A DNA stretch of 34,174 bases from Hyphochytrium catenoides (taxonomy: Eukaryota > Protista > Hyphochytriomycota): assembly GCA_900088475.1 (NCBI GenBank), contig FLMG01002762.1, positions 1 to 34,174 on the forward strand, in the 5' to 3' direction. Every line of letters starts with the position of its first letter. The stretch's first letter is position 1. Below are positions 1-14,026 of the stretch, in pieces. The position numbers and the translations under genes were made by a program. Under the pieces are notes generated by a model. That model was not told where the DNA came from and made no database searches. It saw only the letters and a program-made list of their open reading frames with translations.

Positions 1-224
1 TCTTCTTTGCGCTCCCACCACGCTCTGACAGAGGAGACGAAGTAAAGGGAGAGAGAGAGGACAGATAAGACCTCTAGGGTTACCCATGAGATGGAAGTAA
101 GATCAACCATAAGACAACAGTTCAGAGCAAAGGTGAGAGAGAGGAAGAGAGGAGAGACAGGCACAGACAGAGAAAGACCAGGAGAGATGGACGAAGAGAT
201 AGATAGATGAGAAGAGAGGGTGGG

Positions 225-258
<34 letters not shown>

Positions 259-987
259 NNNNNNNNNNNNNNNNNNNNNNNNNNNNNNNNNNNNNNNNNN
301 NNNNNNNNNNNNNNNNNNAGAGAGAGAGAGAGAGAGTCTGTCTGTACCCTTCGGCAGGTCTTGAAGGACTGGTTCTTCGGCCTCTAGTAGCTTCAGAGCT
401 TCGCCATTCACCTCTCCTTCTAACTTGTGAGCCTTCAGCACCGTCTGCTGCTGCTGGATGATCTTGTCCCTGCCACGTATTGACCGTCAGACGCAAGAGG
501 AGAGAATCCAATGAAAGGAATAGAGAGGTTGAAAAAGAGAGAAGCAGCAAAAAGAAAGAGAAGGAGACATAGAAAGAGAGTGAAAGAGACACAAGAGACG
601 GAAGAGACTCACCAAAGAGAGAGAGACAGAGAGTGCAAAAGAAAAACTATCAAGAAGACACTTCGTAGAGTGCATAGCACATAGAAGGGCGGAATGATAG
701 CGCAGCAGTGGCAAGGAGAGTGACCTGATCTGCAGCATGAGCTGGAGCTTCTGGATGGTCAGGTCTTTGCCTCTCTGGACGCTGTCCTGGATGATCCGAG
801 CCTGCTCTAACTCCATGTTCTCAAGCTCGAGCATACCGATCCTGAGTTCAGGCAATGAGAAGAAGAGTCAGACTAGCGGGACAGACAGGTGTCCGTGTAT
901 TTTGGAGTGTTGTCGTCGGGAAAAGGAAGCAGCAGCCTATGACCCTACCCTCAAAGCTACGCTGTCAGAACAGGGGCAAGAGAGAGA

Positions 988-1039
<52 letters not shown>

Positions 1040-2372
1040 ATAAAGGATCAAGAGGGAGGGGATAGAGACGGAAAGAGGAGGAGCAAACTCGCTCTCACTT
1101 GTACTCCAACATCATTAGCTCCTGACGGTCTCTCCGTGATATCCGTGAGATGTATTCCTGCCTGCAAGGCCCAACAGCCCAGGTGGCGGAGAAAAGTATC
1201 AGAATGAGCAGTTGGTGGACGGGAGAAATCTAAAGAAGGAGCATTCCCGATGGACAGAGAGAGGAAGAGAGTGAGAGAGAGATATTTGTATGTAGAGAGG
1301 GAGACGCGACCAAGAGAGTTAGGGTTAGGAAGACCGCAAAGCGCAGGGAGAGCGGACAAAACAGGAAAGAGAAAGGAAAAGAAGCAGGGGATTTGTTCGG
1401 ACGCACTTGAGCTTCTCTACGTGGTGTTCGCTCTCCTTAATCCTGTTCTCGAGACTCCTCTTCATCTCATTGTTCTTCTCTATAGATACACGGAACTCCT
1501 CCAGCTCTTTCTTTGCCAGGACCACGTGCTGAGGGAGGCCTTGGTCCTTTCCCCTGCGCTTGCTGTTCGGCCTCGGTCCGCGCTCTGCCTCAGAGACAGG
1601 GAGAAGCTGGCTAGGAGAAAGACTTTCTGTGCTTGGTCTCCTTGCGCTAGGATCTGTCTCTCCGATAGAGAAGGTGACTGAGCTATCAGTCGATCTCCTT
1701 TCTGAGGCTCTTCTGTCTCTCTCTCTCGGACTATTGTTGTCCAATGGCAAGGATCCACTTCCCGCTGCAGCAGACGAAGAAGGAGAGAAGCCTAGAGAGG
1801 CCCTCTGCTCCCATTCTGAGATAATGAGTTGCCGCCGCTTCACCTCCAGCCCGTTCCTAACGTTTTGATCCTCGAGTTCTATCAGCGAGCGCTTCAGCTG
1901 CATTCTCTCCTTGAAGTTGGCAATGATTTCCTCGCGCGCCTGCTTCACGAGCCGCTGCTCTTCTCCGTTCCCTCCGTCCTCATCCTCATGCTCACCTCTT
2001 TGTCCTCCCTCCTCTCCGCCACCTTTGTCTTCTGCGAGAGGAAAGGGACGGAGAGAGAGAGAGATAGGATGAGTGGAAAGGGAGTGATACATAGAAGAGA
2101 GAGAGAAAACAGCCGCTAGGGAAACACAGAGGGCTGATGGATAGAGCCAAAACAGCGTTGAAGCCACTTACTGGGGGAGAGCGTGGAAACACTTCCCAAA
2201 AGTGAAGGACAGAGAAGAGCAAAAGGAGAAAGGACTAGGAGAGAGAGAAGAAAGCGAGCACACAAAACAAAGTCATTCCCCCAGAAAGGGGAGGAGAAAG
2301 AGGAAGACAAAGAGAGAGATAAGGAAAAAGAGAGAGACCGGGGGTGAAAGGGAAAGGCAGAGAGAGAGGAAA

Positions 2373-2412
<40 letters not shown>

Positions 2413-3107
2413 GAGAGAGCGAAAAAGAGGGAGAGAGAGAAAGAGAGAGTGAGAGAGAGAGAGAGTGGATAAGAGAGGGGTCGCGCGGGGAGAGGGAGGT
2501 TAGGTCTGAACTGCTTACCCGAGGAGTTGTCCTCCTGTTGCTTTGTGAGCTGACCCTTAAGTTTCTGCACCTCTTCCTTGAGCGAGGAGATGAGCTGCAC
2601 ATACTCTGAAATGTGATAGTTCACGTTGAGGACATTCCGCGTCACTTGAGTCTTGATGTTCTTCGCGCGATTGGCATACCTGCAAGGGGCAAGTAAGGCA
2701 GAGAGAGAGAGAAAAGTGAGAGAGAGAGAGATAAAAACAGAGAGAGAGAAAGAGAAAGAAAGAAGAAAAGCGGTTACCTTTGGAGAGAAGAGAGAGCTAC
2801 CAGCTGGGGCTAGGAAGTGGAAGAGAGAACAAGGAAAAGGAAGAGCCCAACAGAAAGAATTCGACAGGAGGTGAGAGAGAGAGAAAGAGTCCTCACTTCA
2901 GAGTATTGATAGTCTCTTCGAACGATGTCCCGGCGGCCGACACATTAGCGATCATGACAGTGCGACAGTTCCCGCCCAGCGAGTCCTTCAGGAGACGCGT
3001 GAGCTTGCTGTCTCTGTACGGGACAAACGCGCCTTTATTCTCCAACGCGCTGATGCAGTTCCCAAGCGCCAGGAGAGATTTATTGATGTTTGCTCCTGAT
3101 AGACGCC

Positions 3108-3139
<32 letters not shown>

Positions 3140-3168
3140 AAGAGAGAGAGAGAAAGAGAGAGAGAGAA

Positions 3169-3200
<32 letters not shown>

Positions 3201-3951
3201 GGAGAGAGAGAGGGAGAGAGAGAGAGAGCAGAAGACATGAGTTGAGCGAGATAGAAACAGCGAGTCCAGGATAAACGTAGCCAAAAATGAAAGGAAGAGG
3301 AGGAGCTTGACAGTCAGAGTGGATGGAAGACCGTCCTCTTCTTTGTCATTTCCGCACCTTCGATAAGTCTTTGTCCTCTATTCTTAGTGACAGCCGCTCT
3401 CTCGCTCCCTGCCAGATCTATCAAAGAAAGCTTGCCAATCTTCACCGCAGCGACGGTGCCCGGCGTTGTCTCTCTCTGTTCCACGTGCACCTGCAGCACG
3501 GCATGAGAACGAGAAGAGACCTCGTTGGCAGCCGTCGCTTCCACTGTCCGAGCCTTGTTTCCTTTCCTCAGCAGGGCCATGACCTAAAGAAGCGGGAGAC
3601 AGATGGACGGGCGTGAGAGAGAAACAGAAAGACGGAAAGAGAGAACGCGAGAATTATAGGAAGAGAGAGAGAGAGAGCAACAGAACAAGTAGGAAGAGCA
3701 CGTCACTAGAAGACAATGCAGCGAGGGCTCCGTTGAGCGAGGCAGGAGAAGCGAGAGAACCGGTAATTGGAAGAGAGAGAGAAAGAGAAGACTACCTGCT
3801 CGCTGCTGGTCGCTATCGCCTCTGTGATCCCTGCGACTACTGGTCCTCTGATGGGATCCTCCCTGAGATCCAGGTTGTCGTTCGTACTCGGAGACAGAAG
3901 GTCCCTGATGCATTCATTATACACCTGAAGGCAGCAAGTGAACATTGTGTT

Positions 3952-3989
<38 letters not shown>

Positions 3990-4811
3990 CGCGGCCGGGA
4001 AGGGGGGATAGAGAGAGAGAATGAGGGAAAGGGACAGAGGGAGAGAGATGTAGAGACAGAGAGAAAGACAGAACAAAGGGGGAGAGACAGAGGGAGAGAT
4101 ATAGAGGACAAAGAGACAGAGAGAGAGAGAAAAGCGGAAAAAGAAAGTAGAGAACGAGGAAAGAGAGAAAAACAGAGAGAGAGAGAGAGAGATCTTGGAG
4201 ATGAGACTGTGTGAAATTGGTCCAAGCCCACAACTGCGTTACCTCTAAGAAGGAGACTGTCACTTTGTATGTCACCCCAGACAGTTCGTCACCCTGTCGA
4301 GTAGGAGAAGAGAGTCCAACTTAGAGTGACTACGGCGGGAGGACATTAAAGCTAGTCTCTTTCTCTCTTTCTCTTTCTTACCTCTATCTCCGCGATCTGC
4401 TTGAAGAGGTCAGAGAGAGTGAGAGCCATGATGCCAGGAGCCTCCGGTGTCCCTAACATAGTGTAGGTCTTCCCTGCCCCGGTGTTCCCATACGCAAAGA
4501 CGGTAGCGTTGAACCCGTGCAGCACTCCTGATAGGAGAAGAGAAGAGAGGCGTTAGAATATAAGAGACATAGCGCCGCCACGTGGAGAAAGAACAGCTTG
4601 CGAGAGAGAGACAGGAAGCGGCAATAGATAGACTGAACCAAAGCTAGCCTAAGTGGACCGTAGCTCGAGGAGCTCGACCACTGGAGATGCTAGAGTAGTA
4701 AGAGAGGGAATATGTGGTCGGTTCAGCGGAATGACGCAGACGCTAAGAAGAGAGAAAGACATGTAAGACTGCAATGAGAAACAGAGAGAGAAAGAGAGAG
4801 AGAGAGAAAGA

Positions 4812-4862
<51 letters not shown>

Positions 4863-6088
4863 GAGAGAGACAGAGAGAGAGAGAGAGAAGTGCGACAAAG
4901 AGAGACAGAGAGAGAAAGAGGCGACGGAGAAAGAGAAGGAGAAGAGAGAGAGTGAGACGAAGGGAGACTCCTACCCTCTATAAGAAACCGTGTGGTATGG
5001 TTGTACACTGTGGTTTGATCGTCGATGGGGTCGAAGACGTAGTCAAAAGCGTAGCGCTTCTCTCGTGTCCGATTCCTCATTTGTCCCACCACGTCCTTTT
5101 CGTTCCCTTGGTCCAGCACCACGACCATCTAAAGGAAGAGAGACACAGAGAAGAACGGAAGGGAAGAGAAAGAGAAGAAACCATTGAGACGCAGAACAGA
5201 GAGAGAAAGAGATAGGCCGACCGGAGCCAACGATATTTGCAAAAGAAGTGACAAGAGATGGAGGACATGGCTGCTGGGCAAGCGCGGTGCTGGAGACAGA
5301 GATGAAAAGAAGCAGAAGTATAGGAGAAAGCACACTTGTGTGTCAAGAGAGAGAGAGAGAGAGAGAGACAAAGGGAGGAGCGCCTGCGGAGAGAGAGATG
5401 TTAAGGATGAGAACCTTGTTGTCTAGCACTTTGACGATCTCCAACGGTCCCTTGTCAGACTTGAGGAGAGGACGCACGCGAACAGCAACAAGGATGTTGG
5501 ACTCTCCCGCCCACATCGCGCCTTTGAACTTTTCTGTTTCTTCTTCGTCATGTTGCCGCTTCTCCTCATAGTCCTCGATGATCACCTGCAATGTTCGAGC
5601 AGAGTCCAAAGGAAAGAGAACAAGTGAGAAAGACTTACAATCCGCAATGAGAGACGTAGACAGCAAAAACGAAAGAAGGCAGAGAGCGGGGAGAGCGATA
5701 GAGAGTGACAATGGATTGAGAGGGAGGGAGAGGGAGAGCGAGCGGGCAACGCGGAGAGAGAGAGAGAGAGAGAAGAGAGAGAGAGAAAGAGAGAGAGAAA
5801 GAAAGGACCTAGAGACATACAAAAGAAGAAAGGTCAATGACTAATCTTCGGCACAGGAACAATCAGAGAGACCAGGGGAAAGCTTAAGGGAAGAACTCGA
5901 ATGGCAGAGTCCTGATGTCCAACCTTTTGATGGTCCAGCGGCTGAGACATCTTCACAGAGCTCTTTCGGCCCTTGCCCAAGTCTGACACGCGCCGCCGCG
6001 AGGAGAGCTCACTGGCACTCTCTCCTCCACTTTCTTCTTCCTCCTCCTCATGCCGAGAGTTACGCCTCTGATCGCGCTTTCGCACCAT
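1..6088 (-). CDS. Kinesin-8 family (KIF18/KIF19-like) motor with coiled-coil tail; at least 14 exons, 3' end beyond the window
   Basis: Phase-consistent GT-AG exons: 6088-5924, 5585-5415, 5128-4975, 4527-4382, 4293-4243, 3924-3796, 3583-3358, 3095-2897, 2679-2519, 2031-1407, 1161-1099, 841-725, 469-348, 24-1. Motifs: [18 protein letters not shown]-loop [19 protein letters not shown], switch [11 protein letters not shown], switch [52 protein letters not shown]. The neck [28 protein letters not shown] is typical of kinesin-8. Confidence 0.93.
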
Positions 6089-6771
6089 TGACGTAGTATG
6101 CCAACTCTCTCTCTCTCTCTCTCTTTCTCCTATTTGTCTTCTTGCTCTTCCCCCTATCTTCTGCTTTTCTCGTTGCAGTAGAGAAACTCTGTTCTCAAAG
6201 TTTACTCTCTAAGCTGCGTCATCCACCAGGACTCTGGAGACAGCTCCGTCCATAATAGCTTCCGGGACGCAACCAACGCTCTGCAGCTTTAGTTCGTCTT
6301 CCCTCTTCTGTCTTCGTGTTTCTACCCTCTTTTCTCTGTCTCTCTCTCTCTCTCTTCCCCTCTTTCTCTCTCTCTCTTCTCTCTCGCTCTCCCTACAGAC
6401 GGTAGTTGGGAGCGCGGGAGGCTCCACCAAGAGAAGCTGCGTCTCTAAGAAAGTGCAGCTACCAAGGGAGCTTAGGATGGAAAGAGAGGCCGCATGATAG
6501 AAGCGCGGTTGATGGTGATGGAAACGGAGAGGAAATATCAAGGACCAGGAAGGAAGATTGGAGGGGGGAAGAAGAGAGACGAGGACGGAAAGAAATGTCC
6601 AGAAGGAGAGAGGCAGAGTAGCCAGAAAACAGACGGAGCGGAGTTCGAAAGGAGAGACAGACAGGAGGAGGGGAAGGAGAACGCAGCAGAGAGGAAGAGA
6701 CATACTGGGAGAGCGAGGGAAGACCAGGAGAAGGGAGCAGAGAGAAAGAGTGTCATGGAGGACTAAAGAGG

Positions 6772-6831
<60 letters not shown>

Positions 6832-6882
6832 AGAGAAAAGGGAAAGAGAGTGAGAGAGAGAGAGAGAAGAGACAGCGAAGAG

Positions 6883-6919
<37 letters not shown>

Positions 6920-7617
6920 CCGAGGGAGAGAGACAGAGACACACAAAGAGAGAGAGGAGAGGAAGAAGCAAGGGGAGAGCTAAGGAGAGAAGCAGAGATG
7001 AGGAAGAGAAGAGACCATCAATGATGCCATATTATTACGCCAGGCTACTGCATTAGTCCATACACCCAACCTGCACAATATCCCCTGCATCCCATAGTCC
7101 GGCAGCGTATTATAACCATCAACCCAGCCACCCCCAAAAGCAGTTTCACCCTGGACCCAAGACTGCAACTTCAAGAACTAGAAATCAGTTATCATCAAAC
7201 TCGGAACTATGATTTTCGGGTTCTGAGCGCTTCAGTAGACAAAACGCAGAAAAATCCTTCGAAGGCCAAGGGACAAAGATTTTTTTATAAGAAACCTGAT
7301 GGAGTTTTTGATGGAAAAAAGGCATTGATCTCAAGCTGAAAAGGTAGAGCTGCGGACGCTGTCAGAGTGCCTCAGAATCTCTCTTGCTTGAGCTTTCTTA
7401 GCGCGGCCAAGTACAATCCTGGCCTTAGAGTGGTTTAGAGACTGTCTTCGCAGACCCCTCAGTCAGTGAGCTCATGCAGCACTGGCGCCGTTAATAGGTT
7501 AGGCTGCCTTGTTTTGCTTCGTGGCTGTTGACATTGTGTAGGACGAGGGTGGACGAGGTTCTTGGTGCAGCTTAAAGTATCACTCATCCCGGGACTCGGG
7601 AGATATTCCTCTTGCGG

Positions 7618-9800
7618 ATGGACTTCGAGCACGACCAGGCGGTCCAGGAGACGGCTCATGAGGCAGTAGCAGGCAAAGCCTCTGCAGCAGCGAAGGGTTA
7701 CTTTACTGACCCTTATGTCTCCTTCTTTTCCAAGCATCATGCCGCTCCCAGACTGCCTCTAATAAACCGAGGTACATGCAGCCAAGCTTGCCTAGATGCC
7801 TTCTGAAGTCTGACCTGGAAGGTCTTTGTCAGGATATTATTCCCGTGTGGCCGCAGTCCAGAGCTTGATCGACACATTCCTGGCCTCAGGGCCAAGCGAT
7901 CAACGACAGATTATCAGCCTCGGGGCCGGAAAGGACACAATCTACTTCAAGCTGAAGGTTCCGTGCCATCTACTCTCAAGTGTAGCTGCACATGTCTTCA
8001 GCGCTAGCTCATGCAGAGATATTCCTGTCTTCAGTCTCTATTCTGCCTGTTCTGTCTTCCGGTTCCTAAGGCCTTTCGTCCTCGTTCAGTGACAGTGAAC
8101 AGAGTCTCGCTTCTCTAAGCGTCTCCTTTTTCTCACCCGCTTCACTCATTCACACTCCTTTGGTGCTCATCTCTCTTCGTGTCCACCTCGTGACCGTGTC
8201 GCTCCCACCCCAGGATGCAGGCAAGGCTTCTCAGAACTATTTTGAGATTGACTTTCCCGAGGTGTGTCAGGAGAAACTCATGGCGCTTGCCCGTCACGGT
8301 ACGGCTAAGTCTTGTGATCACTCTCCATTCCTCTGACTTACATCTCACCCTTTAGAGGAGCTGTTACATGCTCTTGGCTTCGCGTCAAAGTCGGAGCTTC
8401 TCGAGCGGGCGGAGCACAGCACAGAGCTCCATCTGAACGGCTATCATCTGCTCGCAGGCGATCTAAGAGATATGAAGAACATTGAGCAAAAGCTGGTTGC
8501 AGCAGGGTTAGATAGAAGGTATGTGCCTCCACTTTTTCCAGCCATAACGTCAGATAAGGAGTGCTCTCCAGTATCTGGTGCTATTCCCTCATCCCCCAAA
8601 ACTTGTGGGTGGATGACGCTGTGTGTCCCTTCCATTGAGCTAAATTTCTTACTACCCGACCAGAGCTTGTCTTCCCCGTAGTTCTCGTTCCCATTATGCT
8701 CAGCAACTCTCTGTTTTGCATTGGACCTAATGCTTTTGCCATTGTGGCCTTCAGCATTCCTACCCTCATTATCGCGGAATGTGTCCTGAATTACCTGGAC
8801 GCGGAGCACTCTCTTGCTGTTGTCGCTTGGGCCAGCAAGTGCTTTGAGGTACAGCAGGACCGCCCGAAGCCTCATCAACTATCTTAGGCTGCCATATCTC
8901 TTCTATATTCCTCTTCTTACCCTGTTCAAGGCTTTCTGCATTCGCTCCCCACGTTGCCTGGGGCCGTACCTCCGCATTGGTTCGAAGTCGGCTGGATTCC
9001 TGGCGCTCCTAGCCACACACTAACTGACTTTCAAACAGACGGTCGCGTTCTTAACTTATGAGATGATCCTCCCAAGCGATGCCTTTGGTCGGACAATGCT
9101 GACAAACCTCCACGTGAGTCTCCGTATTCAGGCCTTTCATCAGGCTTCTTCCCCGTACACGCAACTGCTTTTGACCTACTTGAGCTCGACTCGCTAGCTT
9201 TTTCATCTTAGCTTTCCTCTGTACCGCTGTTATCTTACTTGCCAATGGCTCTGCTCTGCTTTAGGCACGAGGGTGCGACTTGCTGAGTATTAAGGCTTTC
9301 CCAGATCTGGAAGCGCACCGCCAGCGTTTCTTGCAGCAAGGTTTTGGGCGGGGAGAAGCACGTGATATGAAAGATGTCTACTATAACTTTCTAGACAAAG
9401 ACGACGTCAAGAGGTATTCCATAGAACTGGTTCTCTTGGAACTATGCACCTCCCACTTGCCTCCAAAGTCTCTTTGTATGACTGGCATCCTGCGCTAGTT
9501 GTTCTGAGCTTGTCCTTGGCTCTGTCCTGAATAATGCTCTAGAAGGGCTTGCTTCAATCTTCTCGGAGACTGGAAAAACTCTACCATTTACCCTTTAGAA
9601 GTGCATTCTTAGCTGCAGTCTCTGCCACTCTTCTCACACTGGACTTCCCCATCGTACTCTGCCAAACACAATCCAGAGTGGAGAAGATCGAGCTTCTTGA
9701 CGAACTCGAGGAATGGTACCTTCTGCAGTCCCATTATTGCCTCGCTCTCGGCGTGAAGGACCCCAAGAATCTTCTCTCCTCTCTTTCTCTTCACTCCTAG
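7618..9800 (+). CDS. LCMT1: Leucine carboxyl methyltransferase 1 (PP2A methyltransferase, PPM1); 8 exons
   Basis: Exons 7618-7771, 7833-7957, 8214-8298, 8356-8518, 8755-8848, 9039-9113, 9265-9413, 9677-9800 join in frame. Motifs: KGYFTDPY, PLINRGYYSRV, QIISLGAGKDT (SAM motif I), YFEIDFPEV, GDLRD, PTLIIAECVLNYL, YEMILPSDAFGRTMLTNL, ELLDELEEWYLLQSHYC. Confidence 0.93.
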
Positions 9801-10405
9801 GTGCTGTGCAGATAATGTGAGAGCTGCTAGGACAAATCATGAGCGCACAAATGCGGACTGGACATACTTCAGAGAAAGCGCCTTTCAAGTCGAGTTCGAG
9901 GAGGACAGACTAAGATACAGAGCCCTTCCGGCTCCTCTCATCACAAGATGGCCTGGACAAGTAGATCAAGGGCTAAACAGAAGCATGCTCTCCACAAGGG
10001 TGGGTCCTCTATGGACATGAAGAACAGAGAGATAGTGCGATGTCTGCAGCAAAGAAAAGTTGGTCGACAGCCAGGCTGGTCATTGAAGAAAGTCTCAATA
10101 CATTTACAATAAACACTAATCTACGGCAAAGTGCCGCCCCTATACTAGCCGCCCACAGACCCTTGGAAGAGAGACGCCTTCCGGGACTCAACTGTCTCTC
10201 TTCCCGAAGAGCTTCTCTTATCTACTGCTCTCTCCCGAGAGCCAAAGCTTTCCATCTTCTTCGCAAAGCGAGGGGAACAGCGTTTAATGAACAACTCTTT
10301 TCACCAACCAAGTAAGTGTCTAAATATACGATGGCTTAGGATGCACAGAAGAGGGTGAAGGGGAGAGAGAGAGACAGGGACAGATTTGGTCTCTTTTCCC
10401 TGCCA

Positions 10406-12869
10406 TCACTTCCTGAAGTTTACTAAGCACAAGTCATTGTTCGAGAAGCATGCTGCCACCTTGGTCCCATCGGCGTTCCAACTGACTTCGAAGATGTCGC
10501 CGGAGCCCTTGAATGTACGCACCAACCGGCCCTGCCGGACATCCCAGATATGAAGCAATCCACAGAGCGCACCCGAGGCAAGATATGCCCCGTCAGGTGA
10601 GAAGGCGACCGAGTAGACGGGGTCGATGTGCTTGGTTAACGTGTGGATGGAGCGTCCTGTCTCTATGTCCCACACCTTGATCGTAGCGTCAAAGGACGCG
10701 CTAGCCAGGTGCAGGGGCTTATTGGGGTTAGCCGTGCCTGGGATAAAGAGAGATCCGAGAGCGAAAGAGAGAGACATATGTCAGTAAGCGGACCGGGATA
10801 CGGAGAAAACGGAGTAACCGCTCCTCCCAGGCTATCTAGAGCAATGCCTTGCCCTCCTCGTTGATGCATTGCTTGTCTAGAACGGCGCTCTCAACTAAAG
10901 AGTAGGAAGGTATACCGTTCAGCGGCTCTTTCTCTCTTTATGCCGCTCCCTCGTGTTTATCTCTCTCCCACATCTGCCACAGTCCTTCGGCCTTATCGCT
11001 ACGCTCAAGAGATCTGAACTCACCTGGTCCTGTGGGACTCCATTGTATCGTATAGATCTCTTTTCCATGCTCCCTCAGATCATGGACTGGCTGGTCCTGG
11101 TTCGGACTCCAGATCTTGGCTGTAGAATCGTCACTGCAGGATGCAAGCAAGCGGCCTGTGGGGTCCCAACGAATCGCATTCACCTCGTCTTTATGCCCGT
11201 AAAACGTCCGCACGGGGGCAGTTTGCCCTAGCTGACAGAGGTGAATCGTCTTGTCCGTACTGCAGGAGGCGAAGGACGTCTCTGTCTGCCAGTCTACATC
11301 CAGAGTAGGGGCGGAGTGAAAGGCAAACTGCTGCTTCACTTCCCCAGCAGACGCCGACCAGACAACGGCTGTCTTGTCATAACTGCCACTAAGGAGAAAC
11401 TCGCCCGTACTGTTCCATTTGAGGGAGAAGATTGGCCCTTCGTGCCGCTGCAAGGTGCTCAGCAGCTCGCCGTCCACGGTCCNNNNNNNNNNNNNNNNNN
11501 NNNNNNNNNNNNNNNNNNNNNNNNNNNNNNNCATTCCAATCGAGCGTTGTGACATCTTTGCTTTTCTCTCCCCGGCCAGCACTTTTGACGGCTTCCCCAG
11601 TAAAGTGCTTGAGAATCACAGCCTCCCCTGTAAAAGATGGGTCAGAGAGGTACAGAGGAGAGCCCAGCCGACTCAACGGACTAGCTAATAAGGGCTGAGG
11701 AGGGGAGAGAGAGTCCTTGCACATGACACTGTGAGCCAGCCATCAGCTGAAAGGATATATTGACACGCAAGGTTCATTGCACCGCGGGAGATAGAAGAGC
11801 GAGAGAGAGAAAAGAGAAGATAAAAGAGCGGAAGGCATTTACCTGGCTTCTCTGTATCCCATATCCTAGCTGTAAAGTCTCCTGAGCCTGAGGCAATCAG
11901 GTCCTTCCTAGGATTCCACGCGCAAGTGAAGACTTCAGAGGTGTGCCCTTGCAACACCTGGACTTCTTCCTCCCTAACAAGAAGTTCTCCGCCTCCGTCT
12001 TTTTCAGGCTTGGCTTCTGGCTCTCTTTCTCCTTCTACCACCATCCCATCTACGGTCTTGCTAGGACTATCGCTTGACTGTTCCTTGAGAGTATTTGTCG
12101 CCGTCTGTATCTCTCTTGGAGGAGATGGTTGATGATTGTTCTTCTTATGCTTCTTCTTCTGACTGCCCGCCGGCCTGTCGAGCTTGGGCTTGTAGCCATT
12201 ACATAGGTGAGCCGTTAGAAGAGTTAGATCTTCATCGCACGGCCGTTCCGTGCCATCCTGAAGGACAGAGAAGCAGAAAAGGAGGCACACAGAGAGAGAC
12301 GGAGGGAGAGAAGAGGTAAAAGGTCAGAATATCCGGCAGAGAGAGTCAGATCGCAGGCAAAGAAAGAAGAGCGATCTCCTAGGCAGCCAAAAGCACATAG
12401 TTAAGCGTGGGTCAAACGAAGACAAGTACCAGCCTCACAGAGATGCTTTCTGCTTCGAAGAGAGCCGCCAAGAGGTCAGCCGCGAAGCTGATGATATTCA
12501 CTCACTGACGCCTGCCTCCTTGGCTCTAATCCCCTTTCTCCCAAAGAGAAAGGGACGGAACAAGGCCAGATAGTAGTAGGAAAGAACACGGAAAACAGGT
12601 CAAAGAGGAAAAGAGAATGACCCATCACCTCATTAAGATGAGCCTCGATGCCTGCATACTGGAGACCCTTCTGTAGGTAGGCGATCAGGGCACCAGGCGG
12701 GATATCAGCGTTTGCCACGCTGGACCGCGGTATGAGACTCTCATAGGCGAAAGTAAAAGCTGAGTGGACAANNNNNNNNNNNNNNNNNNNNNNNNNNNNN
12801 NNNNNNNNNNNNNNNNNNNNNNNNNNNGCGGTAAACTAGCAGATTCACCTCGTCTGACGAGATGGACAT
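10406..12869 (-). CDS. TBL1: TBL1/TBL1XR1 (Ebi/HOS15/Sif2)-like LisH + WD40 co-repressor subunit
   Basis: N-terminus [14 protein letters not shown]...[12 protein letters not shown]...[15 protein letters not shown] (LisH). WD40 repeats include [78 protein letters not shown]. Exons ~12869-12629 (contains an N gap, possibly hiding an intron), 12257-11843, 11627-11024 (N gap), 10737-10406. Confidence 0.93.
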
Positions 12870-12982
12870 CTCTCCTACACTCTGTGAGCCCTACTATGGA
12901 AAACGGAATCAACTTTCTGTTAGAGAGGAGCCAGCTAGAGAAGAAAACAGAAAGGCGCGGAGAGACCTACCATAGAGAAGAG

Positions 12983-13052
12983 AGAGAGAAAAATAGAGAG
13001 AGGGCATGCAGAGACGTAGAGAGAAAAATAGAGAGAGGGCATGCAGAGACGT
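12983..13052. repeat. Exact 35-bp tandem duplication upstream of TBL1
   Basis: AGAGAGAAAAATAGAGAGAGGGCATGCAGAGACGT at 12983-13017 and 13018-13052. Confidence 0.9.
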
Positions 13053-13740
13053 GTGGAAGCGCTAGTACCTTCTAGAGCGCAGAAGAGGATAGCAAGCCTA
13101 GAGAGAACGAAAAGGTTATGCCCGCCTCTGTCTCCCTATATCATCAGAGTCTTCCAGACGTCTTGATAGGGTGGACTTCCGTCTATCTCTTAAAGGCAAC
13201 CGAGAGAAAGGACGGCCCACAGAGTTCCTTTCTGCTGAGCAGAAGATGGACGGAGCTGTCTCAATGCTGTTCTCTCAATCTTACGGACGTCATCGCTCTA
13301 CAAATGGACGGGTGAGAGCGATAGAGAGGAAAGAAGAAGGAGAGAGACAAGAAAGAGAGTCTGTGAGTCATACAACGCTGAAAAGTTATTAGGCAATTAG
13401 GAGCGCCCCCCTACCCCTCCGAGGCTCTAGCTGTGCTGCTACTGGGTGTGATGTGCCCAGGTAGTTGAAGAGAGCAAGCGGAACGCGTCAGCAGCCTTTC
13501 TCTCCTTCCGCATGCACCACGTTAAGGCGATACTCTGTCTCTATCTCCTGTCTTTGCTTGCTTAGAGCCGGAGTAGAGTTCCTGTTAGGCGAGAGAGCTC
13601 TTGGCTGAAGAGCTCGTGATATCGAAAAATAGACGCTGCTGACTTCGATGACGATGTTGGTCAGGGAAGGAAAGAGTGAGGCTCGACACCCCTTGACCCT
13701 GAGACAGAGACAGTGATAAGGAAAGCACAGAGTGGAGAGA

Positions 13741-13784
<44 letters not shown>

Positions 13785-13986
13785 AAAGAGAAAGAGGACC
13801 GAGAGAGTGAGTGGGAGAGAGAGTGAGGTGAAAGACAGAGAGGAGAAGAGAGAGAGAGAGCAGTGCAGGTACTATCGCTATAAGACAGAGCTGATAAGGG
13901 ACGCGCGCCTTGGTTTTCTATAAGCCAGCGATTGATAATGCTGGCGGCACAGGCTGTTGCGCTTGTTAGTGGGGATTCCGTTTGTT

Positions 13987-14026
<40 letters not shown>

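Noticed and set aside
2172-2191. Possible kinesin micro-exon ending in a GTAAGT donor
   Set aside because: The flanking exons join in frame without it, a 20-nt insertion would shift the frame, and the acceptor is weak.
11483-11531. Apparent frameshift in TBL1
   Set aside because: It coincides with an N gap of estimated length, so it is not evidence of a pseudogene.
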